Shown: positions 28,463-37,754, counted from the stretch's first letter. The stretch: 64,000 bases of DNA from Patescibacteria group bacterium (GCA_016860985.1 BOKM01000001.1:399462-463461); one strand, 5' to 3'. Notes: generated by a model not told the origin, from the letters alone. Program-made: numbers and translations.

Positions 28463-29253
28463 GTGTTATTCGACTCGACAAACATACCCCACCAGATATC
28501 TCGAGATTAGGAGGTAAGGGTGCAAACCTTGCAAAGTTACTTTCACTTGGCTGTCGCATCCCAGACTGTATTGCAATATCGCATGACCACCCAACCGCAC
28601 AAATTCTCACTGACGTGCTTCCTATTTGGGATGAATTGCATTTTCAATTAGCGGCAGTAAGAAGTAGCGCCACAGCCGAAGATTCGATAGACCAAAGCTT
28701 TGCAGGTATGTTTTCAACCTACCTTTACGTGAGCAAAGATAAACTTCTTGAAAAAATAACGCTTTGTCGACAATCTCTCTCCCTTCCAAGAGTAGCTGAT
28801 TACATTACGCGGATGTCCATTTCAAAAGAAAATGTTCACGTTAACGTTCTTGTGCAAAAGATGATAGAAGCAGACGCCTCCGGTGTTTGTTTTACAAAAA
28901 ATCCTTTAACTAATGATTCAAACGAGATTGTTATAGAAGCAATTCATGGGCAAGGCGAGTTGCTCGTTTCTGGACAAGTGACACCCGATTATTACCGTAT
29001 TGCCAAGCACAAGAATGTTCTGCTTGAGAAAAATATCTCAACCCAAGAAATTATTTTAGACAAAAAATCTCGTACCATTCGACCAAGGGAAATGGAGTTG
29101 CAACATGTACCCAAAATCTCTGAACCGATGCTTTACTTACTCAGAGAACAAGCAGAAAGTATTGAAAATATGTACCAGAAGCCGGTAGATATTGAATGGG
29201 CAGTCGAAAACGGAGTGCTTTATATATTGCAAGCACGTCCGATTACAACGTAG
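28459..29253 (+). CDS. Stand-alone PPDK_N (PEP/pyruvate-binding, ATP-grasp) domain
   Basis: GGKGANL, AVRSSATAED...SFAG, VQKMI, SGVCFT and DIEWA...LYILQARPITT motifs. Confidence 0.9.
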   Translation: MSVIRLDKHTPPDISRLGGKGANLAKLLSLGCRIPDCIAISHDHPTAQILTDVLPIWDELHFQLAAVRSSATAEDSIDQSFAGMFSTYLYVSKDKLLEKITLCRQSLSLPRVADYITRMSISKENVHVNVLVQKMIEADASGVCFTKNPLTNDSNEIVIEAIHGQGELLVSGQVTPDYYRIAKHKNVLLEKNISTQEIILDKKSRTIRPREMELQHVPKISEPMLYLLREQAESIENMYQKPVDIEWAVENGVLYILQARPITT

Positions 29254-30265
29254 CATCGAGCGCCAGCTCAATTGCATCTTGATAACTTTGTCGATTTTTA
29301 CTTCCCCTTATCTCTCCATGAGTACCAGTTACAGTACCAAGATGAAAGGATTCGCCTAGCTTTTGTGCAATTAATTGAGCTTCTCCTCTTACAGGTTCTG
29401 TTAGCTCACTTAAATCTTTTGCGGCCCAGTACATATGCACATGCTTTGCGTTTCCATAGTTATCTTTTTTTTCGAACAAGTCGCCTAACTGCTGTATCGT
29501 TCCATAGAGTGAGTTCAGAATGGAAGCAATATTTGGCGGCATATCAAATTTAATGAAGAAATCGTTTGTTGCAGGTACTTTATCGTACAATTTGAGCATT
29601 GCAGCTGCAGACCTTGGTCCAGAAACAGCAGCGTTTAACAATGCTGCAAGGATTCTATTTGTAGATCGTTGTAGCGTAGGAAAGCGTTCTTTCGCCCTTT
29701 CCCACCGCTTTACTGCCCCTTCTCTACTTTCTTGTGTAAATGTAACAGGTTCAAAAAGGAGCAAAGACTTAATCCTTTGATCTTCTGATGGTCTTTGCGC
29801 AACTGTATACGCTGCAATATCTGCTCCCATACTTATGCCTCCGATGACAACCTCGTAGGGCATAGTAGCACAAGACATATTAATATATTCATTTGCATCT
29901 TGAGCTAAAGTTTCTGGATTGATAATGGGCAATTGGTTTGTTTCTAACATTGGGGCAAATAGGACAACAATCTTGTCGACCTTTCCCCCTTCAAGTAAGG
30001 GTCTAATTAACTGATAATATTCGCCTGTAGGTGGATTTCGTGCACCCTGAAAGAGTATCACCATACGTGGAGGTCTATCTTCATGTGTCGTTTGTTTTTC
30101 AACAGGTAATTGATATGTGGATATTACATTCCCGTGGACAGTTTCTGTAACATCAATATCCAGTCCACCATAAAATTGAGGAAACTTTTCAAATACCGCA
30201 GAAAGATATTGCGACTCTTTGCCTACGTTTTGTCCTTCTATATCAACTACCTTGCCCAGCATCAT
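29243..30265 (-). CDS. Alpha/beta hydrolase-fold protein
   Basis: GISMG nucleophile elbow, LLLFEP strand, C-terminal GTH. Confidence 0.6.
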   Translation of the reverse strand: MMLGKVVDIEGQNVGKESQYLSAVFEKFPQFYGGLDIDVTETVHGNVISTYQLPVEKQTTHEDRPPRMVILFQGARNPPTGEYYQLIRPLLEGGKVDKIVVLFAPMLETNQLPIINPETLAQDANEYINMSCATMPYEVVIGGISMGADIAAYTVAQRPSEDQRIKSLLLFEPVTFTQESREGAVKRWERAKERFPTLQRSTNRILAALLNAAVSGPRSAAAMLKLYDKVPATNDFFIKFDMPPNIASILNSLYGTIQQLGDLFEKKDNYGNAKHVHMYWAAKDLSELTEPVRGEAQLIAQKLGESFHLGTVTGTHGEIRGSKNRQSYQDAIELALDATL

Positions 30266-30271
30266 ACGGAA

Positions 30272-32089
30272 TTATACCGCATAACCGAGTTTTCTCGCCA
30301 ACTCCTCCGCAACTTTAAGCTCAGACTCAATTTCTGCAAGGCCCTTGTGCCAAAAAGTTTTGTCAGCAATATCGATACCAATATCTAGGAAGATATCTCG
30401 TGTAGATTTTGATTGACCAGCGGACAAAAACACTTTGACTTTTTCGACAAAAGATTTATCGCAAAGTACTTCATGTCGAAGCGCTTTTGAAATAAGCTGC
30501 CCACTTGCGTAAGAATACACGTAAAAGAACATGCGAATGTGTGACCAGTATACCCACCAATTTTCGGAACCTTTATCAAGTGAAACTCCATCGCCCATAT
30601 AACTTCCCATATGCTTAAGGAAAAGGTTTCCAATCTCTTTTTGAGAGATATTCATGTTTTTTCTGAATTGCTGGTGAAGCTCAGTTTCAAAATTGTAGAG
30701 TGCAATCTGACGATGAATAGCACTAATATGTGCATCTAGCTCAGAGATAAGAAAGGCCAACCTGCTCTCATCATCAAGTTGAGTGATAACTTCGTCGGTA
30801 ACAAATGATTCAAAGAAGGTACTTGCTACTTCTGCAAGACCCTTTCCTACATCGTGTTGCAGAGCATTTTGAGCTTTTCTTGAGTATTCATAATGCGTTG
30901 CATGACCGGCTTCGTGTGCGAGTGTCATTAAATCACGCAGTTTGCCGTGATAATTTTGATAAAAAAATGGTGGCACATGTGGCATTGCCGAATAGCAGGC
31001 AGCACCATCAAGCTTCCCTTTTTTGGGGTTCGCATCCAGCAAACCGCGCTCAAGGAATGACTGAAATATTTCACCGAATTCCGGATCCAGGCGAGTATAT
31101 ACCTGACTAACAATTTTTATTCCCTCTTCGATTTTGTATGTTTTATCAAAGGAACCAAAGGTAAGCATACGCTCGTGATATCGCAATTTTTTCTTATTAA
31201 ACAAGGCAGCCTTCAGTTTATATAAGCGCTGCGGTACATAAAAATTTTCTGTAACCGCAGAAACGAGCGCTCCTACAATATGCTCGTCAATATCATCCGC
31301 AATAAACCTCTCTGCATCTGGCCGTTCAAAATTTCGCAATTCGTCATCAATTTTTTTATTATAAAGAACTGTATTCAACTCACTGGTTGCCCACGGAGCG
31401 ATTTTTCGTTGTATAGCATGAATATGCGACGCAGCTTTATTTCGGACCAACTCAGATTCATTGTGTAAAGAAATCGACATAAGCTCATCAAATGACTTTT
31501 TGACCTTTTTGCCATCTTCAAGAACGATACTTCGCGATTCTTTTGCGAGTGCTTCTTCTATCATTTCTACCCAACGATCGTGCGAAACTGCTTGTTTTTT
31601 CAACAAGATTATTTCCTCTTTCTCGGAGAGTAGGTGCTTTGCCGCAGCAAAGAGTTGCTCCAAATGGTGCTTGTAGGGGATTAATTTTGGATAACGGAGA
31701 AATTCTTCATGTAATTCCTTTGGTATTTTACTCACTGCAATCGGAAAGAATGCCAACCCACTAGTCACCTTTGTTGCGAACTCAATTGCTTCTGTCTTTT
31801 TTGCCTTAACATTTTCGTTCGTTTGCTCCTGAACACTGCGAAGAATCCAGTACATGGCTACTTTTCCAATATTATCGTACTCATGAACAAGCGTATTGTA
31901 TTGATCAAGTGCATTTGCAAGCACCTCAGGATTGGTCGTATATTCGTTATTTTCTCTCCATGTATGTGAGAATTTTTCACAATCATTTTTAAACGTTTCT
32001 TGATAAACAGACATAGCTGGGTCATCATCACCGGAGAAAAGGTGCGCAAGATTCCATGTGTACAATTCAGTATTTGTTTTTTTCGACAT
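30272..32089 (-). CDS. pepF: Oligoendopeptidase F (M3B)
   Basis: WNL..LF, GK..GA, TLAHEAGHATH, LAEVASTF.E and FYVYSYA.G motifs; start placed at MSKK. Confidence 0.9.
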   Translation of the reverse strand: MSKKTNTELYTWNLAHLFSGDDDPAMSVYQETFKNDCEKFSHTWRENNEYTTNPEVLANALDQYNTLVHEYDNIGKVAMYWILRSVQEQTNENVKAKKTEAIEFATKVTSGLAFFPIAVSKIPKELHEEFLRYPKLIPYKHHLEQLFAAAKHLLSEKEEIILLKKQAVSHDRWVEMIEEALAKESRSIVLEDGKKVKKSFDELMSISLHNESELVRNKAASHIHAIQRKIAPWATSELNTVLYNKKIDDELRNFERPDAERFIADDIDEHIVGALVSAVTENFYVPQRLYKLKAALFNKKKLRYHERMLTFGSFDKTYKIEEGIKIVSQVYTRLDPEFGEIFQSFLERGLLDANPKKGKLDGAACYSAMPHVPPFFYQNYHGKLRDLMTLAHEAGHATHYEYSRKAQNALQHDVGKGLAEVASTFFESFVTDEVITQLDDESRLAFLISELDAHISAIHRQIALYNFETELHQQFRKNMNISQKEIGNLFLKHMGSYMGDGVSLDKGSENWWVYWSHIRMFFYVYSYASGQLISKALRHEVLCDKSFVEKVKVFLSAGQSKSTRDIFLDIGIDIADKTFWHKGLAEIESELKVAEELARKLGYAV

Positions 32090-32174
32090 GTGTGATTGTA
32101 ACATCATTACTTTCATCTGTTCTTCATGTACTTTGTTTTATACTTATTCTACAATCTAAGATAAATACATAAAT

Positions 32175-32774
32175 ATGAAAGAATTTTTTGAATCATTCCC
32201 CGTTCTTGTCATCTCAATTATTGCAACAATTACCGGAGGAACTGCTGTTAACAAGGTAGTACAGGAAATTAAATCCACGACTCCAAATAACGAGCAAAAA
32301 GTGGTTGAAGTAAAAAGGGTTGAAACTACCCCAAGTGCACTGCCAACTCTAGTAGTAACAGAACCTGCTGTAAACCCAACTGCTACCCCAGAGGTGGTAC
32401 AACCCACTACGCCAAAAAACGGCCAAAACGCGACTTTTACTGCTGCGACCCTTGCACTTCATAACAAGCCTGGAGATTGCTACGTTGCCTACAAAGGAAT
32501 TGTCTACAATGTTTCTTCACACCCTTCGTGGGCTTCCTGCCGACACCACGGCACAAGTGGAGGAAGGGATATTACATCAATTTTTCCTCATTCTACAAGC
32601 TACTTTCTTACTTTGAGCAAAGTTGGCACGATTTCAACTAGTAACGCCACTAGTCCAACAAAACCTTCAGATGATTCTCATGACGACGATTCCGAAGATA
32701 ATGAAGACGAAGAACACGAGGATGAGAGAGAGGATGAGGACGAAAACGAGGTTGAAATAGAAGATGAAGACTAA
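32175..32774 (+). CDS. Membrane-anchored cytochrome b5-like heme-binding protein with acidic tail
   Basis: FT...LA.HN...DCYVAYKG.VYNVS, W...RHHG..GGRDIT..FPH...L.KVG; N-terminal TM and Thr/Pro linker. Confidence 0.8.
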   Translation: MKEFFESFPVLVISIIATITGGTAVNKVVQEIKSTTPNNEQKVVEVKRVETTPSALPTLVVTEPAVNPTATPEVVQPTTPKNGQNATFTAATLALHNKPGDCYVAYKGIVYNVSSHPSWASCRHHGTSGGRDITSIFPHSTSYFLTLSKVGTISTSNATSPTKPSDDSHDDDSEDNEDEEHEDEREDEDENEVEIEDED

Positions 32775-33135
32775 CATCACAAAGCAAAAAGCAAAGATCT
32801 CGATGAGGATGCTCGCAATCATCCTCATCGGTTGTCTTATAGGAATATTGTATCTTTACAAATGGCAACCGCAAAAAGAAACTGTACTCCCAAATCAATT
32901 AGAGTCCTTCACTCTCACTGAACTAGCAAAATACAATGGTAGTAATCCGACGTTGCCAATATATATCGGATTAAATGGTTTAGTCTACGATGTCAGCAGT
33001 GGAAAGAAATTTTATGAACAAGGTGGCACATATAATTGGCTTGCAGGAAAGGATTCCAGCAACGATTTAAACCTAATTGGAGGGGATATTATTAAGCGTA
33101 AATATCCAGTTGTTGGTATACTAACTACGGAGTAA
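32764..33135 (+). CDS. MAPR/PGRMC-like cytochrome b5 heme/steroid-binding protein
   Basis: FTL.EL.KYNG, IYIGLNGLVYDVSSGKKFYEQGGTY..LAGKDSS and KYPVVG match the MAPR pattern. Confidence 0.85.
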   Translation: MKTNITKQKAKISMRMLAIILIGCLIGILYLYKWQPQKETVLPNQLESFTLTELAKYNGSNPTLPIYIGLNGLVYDVSSGKKFYEQGGTYNWLAGKDSSNDLNLIGGDIIKRKYPVVGILTTE

Positions 33136-33140
33136 CAAGT

Positions 33141-34439
33141 ATGAATCGGACCTCACTTCTCTTTTTGTCGAGTATCGCAATCACATTTGTTCTTTGGATA
33201 CTTTCCAAAGAACATTTTGTGCTTTTTGTTTCGACTGATACGCTGAAAGCAATAACGCAGATTTGTGCACTAATCGGCGCTGTTGGATATTTTTTCACCT
33301 ATATTCTTTCAAGTAAACTTCCATTTCTTGAAAAAATAACCTCTTTAGACCAACTCTATAAAACGCACCGGCTAGTAGGAACACTCGCAGGTGCGGGTAT
33401 ATTACTCCATGTAAGTTCATTGATAGCGCGACTTTTACCACTCCCTTCGGCGTTTACGCTCTACCTTATTCCTAGCACAAATCTCTCTTATAACGTTGGA
33501 ATACTCGCTTTTTACTTACTACTTGTACTCCTTATTACTACGTTATATGCAAATCTGCCGTATCATATCTGGAAGCTTATACACAAGCTCGCTTCTTTTG
33601 GTATTCTCTTTGCTTTTCTGCACCTTCTCATTATTCCTAGCGATATAAGCACGAATTTACCCTTGAGAATATGGATGATTGGCATTGCTACTCTAGGAAT
33701 GATTGCGTGGGTATACAAAGAGTTTTTGGAGCAGTTTATTCGCAAATCTTTTGAGTATCGAGTAACCAATATCGCAAAAGCTGATGACATTACGGTCATT
33801 ACGATGCAAGCTCAAAAAGATTCGATTCCAGCTACACCGGGGTCTTTTGCTTTCTTTACTTTCTATGCAGATAACAAAGTCGTTACTAAGGAATCGCACC
33901 CGTTTACCATTCTAGACACAAACGCGAACGAACTCGCGATTGCTGTTAAAAACCTTGGAGACTACACGACTCTAATATCGTATATCCCCGTTGGATCAAA
34001 AGTCGTAGTAACCGGCCCTCATGGCAAGTTTGGAAAAAGGATACTTGCAACAAAAGAACAGCAAGTCTGGATAGGTGCAGGCATAGGGATCACCCCCTTT
34101 TATAGTGTCGCTTCGTATCTTCAAAAAAGGGGCTTATCTCATCATTCAATAGATTTATTTTATTTCACCTCAACGCCTGACAAAATTTTCCACCCTACGC
34201 TGCTCGCATCTGCAAAAGAAACTGGAATCAAGTATACATATGCGTGCACATCAATTTCTGGTCGCCAATTACCGTCGAACCTGCTCAGTGAGGACACAGT
34301 TTCTAACAAAAAAGTGACTTATTTTTTGTGTGGTCCAGCAGGAATGATTAGCGCTTATTCTGAATATCTTTTATCTAAAGGCGTACCCCAAAAGAGAATT
34401 ATTACTGAAGCATTTGAGTTTAAATCGCTTGAAATATGA
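33141..34439 (+). CDS. Ferric reductase/NADPH-oxidase-like flavocytochrome (TM heme, FAD and NAD(P)H domains)
   Basis: Bis-His pairs KTHR..LLHV and LIHK..FLHL; ESHPFT, GPHG, GAGIGITPF, FLCGP and EAFEF motifs. Confidence 0.9.
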   Translation: MNRTSLLFLSSIAITFVLWILSKEHFVLFVSTDTLKAITQICALIGAVGYFFTYILSSKLPFLEKITSLDQLYKTHRLVGTLAGAGILLHVSSLIARLLPLPSAFTLYLIPSTNLSYNVGILAFYLLLVLLITTLYANLPYHIWKLIHKLASFGILFAFLHLLIIPSDISTNLPLRIWMIGIATLGMIAWVYKEFLEQFIRKSFEYRVTNIAKADDITVITMQAQKDSIPATPGSFAFFTFYADNKVVTKESHPFTILDTNANELAIAVKNLGDYTTLISYIPVGSKVVVTGPHGKFGKRILATKEQQVWIGAGIGITPFYSVASYLQKRGLSHHSIDLFYFTSTPDKIFHPTLLASAKETGIKYTYACTSISGRQLPSNLLSEDTVSNKKVTYFLCGPAGMISAYSEYLLSKGVPQKRIITEAFEFKSLEI

Positions 34440-34852
34440 ATCTTCGATCGATTCTCACTCCTGCTTTCTCTGCTTTTCTTATTACTGTTATGGCTAGTGT
34501 TACATTAAATATATTTAGTCCCCAACAAGCAGGGCGTGACGACACTTCGGTTGAAACTTCTGACATTCCGATGCCAACCCAAGCGACTGACCTAACGGTA
34601 ACACCTAGTGTTTCTACCAAACCGAGCACTACGCCCTCTGTAGCAAAACCAACTGCAACACCAAAGGCAACCGCACGCCCAACAGCAAAACCTTGCATTG
34701 TTACAGTCAACGGAAGCAGATATGATGTTACGTCACTACGAAAATCACATTCTGGGGGGAATATCTTTGTATGTGGCACAAACATGACCTCCACCTTTCA
34801 ATCTATGCACGGAAACGACTATAATATCATTAGAAAATATAAAATCTCGTAA
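34436..34852 (+). CDS. Membrane-anchored cytochrome b5-like protein on a Thr/Pro stalk
   Basis: CIVTVNG..YDVT....HSGG....CGTNMT..F..MHG, matching the HPGG...H b5 pattern. Confidence 0.8.
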   Translation: MNLRSILTPAFSAFLITVMASVTLNIFSPQQAGRDDTSVETSDIPMPTQATDLTVTPSVSTKPSTTPSVAKPTATPKATARPTAKPCIVTVNGSRYDVTSLRKSHSGGNIFVCGTNMTSTFQSMHGNDYNIIRKYKIS

Positions 34853-34854
34853 CA

Positions 34855-35526
34855 ATGAAACTTTTACTAATCGAAGATGACACCGTTTTGGCAGAAAACA
34901 CGAAACTATACCTAGAACGACTTAAGTATAAGGTTGAGGTTGCGCACAATGGGAGTATTGGCCTTCTTAAAGCACAAAAGCACACCTATAGCGTCATTCT
35001 TTTGGACTGGATGATCCCGTATAAGGACGGTATAACCGTATTGAAAGAACTGAGAGAAGGCGGAAATACAACCCCCGTAATTATGACTACAGCAAAAGGC
35101 CAATTAGAACAAAAACTTGATGGGTTCTCTGCAGGTGCAGATGATTACCTCTCAAAACCATACACTCTCGCAGAACTCGCGGCAAGAATCGAAGCGGTAA
35201 TCCGAAGAGCACATACTTCTCAAAATACCTCTGTACTTAAAATTCGTGATTTGAATGTAAATATTCACACGACAAATGTAACACTAGGCAAAAATGAACT
35301 CCTTCTTACACCAACAGAATACTCAATCTTGGAGTATTTGTGCGTCAATAAAGGAAAGACCGTATCTCGAGCAGAATTACTGCATCATGTGTGGAATGAC
35401 GATGTGAATCAATTTACCAATCATGTAGATGTTCATGTTAAGAACTTGCGCAAAAAGCTAGCACAATACTCCGAGGAGCCTTACATACTTACAGTAAAGA
35501 ACAGAGGTTATCTCATAAATGAGTAA
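34855..35526 (+). CDS. OmpR/PhoB-family response regulator
   Basis: LLIEDD, ILLDWMIP, GADDYLSKPY; winged helix LTPTEY..VDVHV..LRKK..RGY. Confidence 0.95.
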   Translation: MKLLLIEDDTVLAENTKLYLERLKYKVEVAHNGSIGLLKAQKHTYSVILLDWMIPYKDGITVLKELREGGNTTPVIMTTAKGQLEQKLDGFSAGADDYLSKPYTLAELAARIEAVIRRAHTSQNTSVLKIRDLNVNIHTTNVTLGKNELLLTPTEYSILEYLCVNKGKTVSRAELLHHVWNDDVNQFTNHVDVHVKNLRKKLAQYSEEPYILTVKNRGYLINE

Positions 35527-36919
35527 ATACAAGTTAACTGCACTCCAGCAAATTACAATAAACTTTGTTACCGGAGTGTTCTTAGTACTCGCCATCGTTT
35601 TTGCGACAATAACCGCTCTTTCCTCAACTCTTCTTGAAAACAAAATCAAAACCGACTTATTCCGAGAAGCCGAAGAAATTGTGACACAATACATGAGACT
35701 TGAGGATGATAGAATTACATACTTTACGGAAGACAATGGGCAAACTTTAGAGCAAGATCTTACAACTGATCAACTCTCTGCTATGGTCACAACTCAAGAA
35801 GGCGAGTCCATTGGAAAATTCGGATTCTTTGCTGCTCCAGAGTTTTCTGAAAATGAAAAACAAGCACTCTCACCAAACATCGAATCTGCCTGCAGTGGCA
35901 ACACATACTTTTACGCACGGCAATCACTACAAAAAGAAAATGCACTTCTACTTTATTATCCCATTCTAGCTGAAGGAAGATGCAGAGGAGTTGTTATCAT
36001 CGCCAGTAACACACAGCTCATAGATGATATGTCCCGCATCAACCTTATTGCTATATCCTTTGCGCTGGGAATTGCCCTAATACTCGCACTTTTCATTGCA
36101 AGGCTCACAGCTAAAAAAATTCTACACCCACTTACTTCACTTACCACAACTATAAAACAAATTGATCTTTCTCGAAGTCAGGCCGAAGTTGTTTCGCCAT
36201 ATGCGAAAGAGGATGAAATCACTTCACTGATTTCATCCTACAATGCGCTCGCAAAAAAAGTAGCCACAATCGTTGCTCAAGAAAAAGAATTTGCGTCAAA
36301 AGCATCACACGAACTTAAAACACCACTGGCAAGAGTTACAACAACGTTAGATATTCTATCTCTTGACCTAGAATCGATTACTGATTCATCCGTCAGAATA
36401 ATGCTTCAAGAGAAAATTTCTGCCGCCCAACAAGAGCTTAAAGGTATTGGTGATACGATATCACTCCTTTTACAAGCGACACGCGCAAAAAATCTCCCAC
36501 AAAATCATGAGCGCATAAAAATTTCACAATTAATAGCTCACGAAATTTAAAGTATTGCGAAAGAATACAAAAGCAAAGAAATAACCGTACATCATGACGT
36601 AGTACCCTACATCGTATTCGCAGACAAGCTCATTTTGACGCATATTTTTAGAAACTGTTTTAGCAACGCCTTCAAACATAACAAACTAAAAGGAAGTATA
36701 CAGATTTCATACGCAATCGAAGCCAACACAATCGAGATTTCCATACAAAACTCAATTCTTTCTACTGAGGGCACAGTAAAAGACAGCCATAAAATTGGGT
36801 CTTCTGTTATTGAAACCTTGTGTACTGCAGCAGGTTACACCACAAAAACAAGACGAGATTCTACTACCTACGAAATATCAATCGGAAATATCCCGCTCAA
36901 CGCTACTCAACCACAATAG
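35519..36919 (+). pseudogene. Sensor histidine kinase (2 TM, HAMP, HisKA, HATPase) interrupted by an in-frame TAA at 36548-36550
   Basis: H-box SHELKTPL; after the TAA the same frame continues SIAKEYK...IFRNCFSNAFKH (N-box) to 36919. Confidence 0.75.
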
Positions 36920-37610
36920 CCGGTAGTTGGTCGTAGTGGTTAAATTCATAATCTGCAACAACTTCAGGATCGTGACCTTCTACATGGCCATCAACTTCTG
37001 GGTTAAAGATTGCTGCCTTAATTCCAACGAGCTGTGCTCCTTGGATATCATTTTTGTAATTGTTTCCAATCATTAAGGCTTCAGTATTCTTTACGTTTAG
37101 TTTTGAAAGTGCCAACGTAAAAATTGCAGAGAATGGTTTCTCGAAAATCGTTTCTTCTGAAGCAAATACTTGATCAATGTATGGAAGAAGCCCAACAGCT
37201 TCAATCTTCCTGATTCTTCCACGTAAATCACCGTCAGAAACGACTGCTGTTTTGACTCCTGCCTCATGAATTTTCTTTAAGGCATCAACGACACCAGGAT
37301 ACAAACTAACATTCTCATCAAAAAACTCCCAATAGATATCCTCTGCTGCGGGCAGATCTGATAATGAATATTGCGCACCAATTTCATCAAGCGCGTGCCT
37401 ATATACTAAAATTCGGCTGTGGCGGGTGTGCACTGTCGGAAAATTCTTTCTGATAAGTGTATCTTTTTTCTTTACAATCGGAAAGAATTCGTTAAGCGAA
37501 AGATTGTTTTTTGCTGCAAGATAATACGACGCAAATTCTAATGCGCGATCATAAACCTGGCTGCTTTTGATGAGCGTATCATCTAAATCCATCAATAGAG
37601 CTCGAAACAT
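36903..37610 (-). CDS. HAD-superfamily hydrolase (YjjG-like phosphatase/nucleotidase)
   Basis: DLDDTL motif I, VSDG, EKP and MIGNNYKNDIQGA. Confidence 0.9.
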   Translation of the reverse strand: MFRALLMDLDDTLIKSSQVYDRALEFASYYLAAKNNLSLNEFFPIVKKKDTLIRKNFPTVHTRHSRILVYRHALDEIGAQYSLSDLPAAEDIYWEFFDENVSLYPGVVDALKKIHEAGVKTAVVSDGDLRGRIRKIEAVGLLPYIDQVFASEETIFEKPFSAIFTLALSKLNVKNTEALMIGNNYKNDIQGAQLVGIKAAIFNPEVDGHVEGHDPEVVADYEFNHYDQLPAIVVE

Positions 37611-37632
37611 ATAAAACTAACTATATTTTATG

Positions 37633-37739
37633 TTCTGCCCCTGTTTTACGAAGTTGAGCTATAAGTTTGCTCACTATGGTAAAACACCCACTTTTGTGAG
37701 ACGGTATTACCCGCGGGGAGAGAAAGTTCTTCACTTTCT
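37633..37739 (-). ncRNA. Candidate structured cis-regulatory RNA (four-way junction) in the 5' leader of the HAD gene
   Basis: Helices CCCC/GGGG, GCGG/CCGU, CUCAC/GUGGG and UGUUUUAC/GUAAAACA meet with no linker nucleotides; G-U pairs work only on the minus strand; promoter immediately upstream. Confidence 0.55.
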
Positions 37740-37745
37740 AAACGA

Positions 37746-37754
37746 ATTATACCA
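37746..37754 (-). promoter_or_regulatory. Extended -10 promoter TGGTATAAT for the structured leader and HAD gene
   Basis: Perfect TGnTATAAT on the minus strand, 6 nt upstream of the first hairpin. Confidence 0.65.

Noticed and set aside
36548-36550. Stop-codon reassignment as the explanation for the in-frame TAA
   Set aside because: TAA, TAG and TGA all end genes normally elsewhere in the window
37701-37714. CGGGUAAUACCG resembles the P5/L5 hairpin of a TPP riboswitch
   Set aside because: The CUGAGA and ACCUGAU...GCGUAGGGA elements are absent and the junction topology differs
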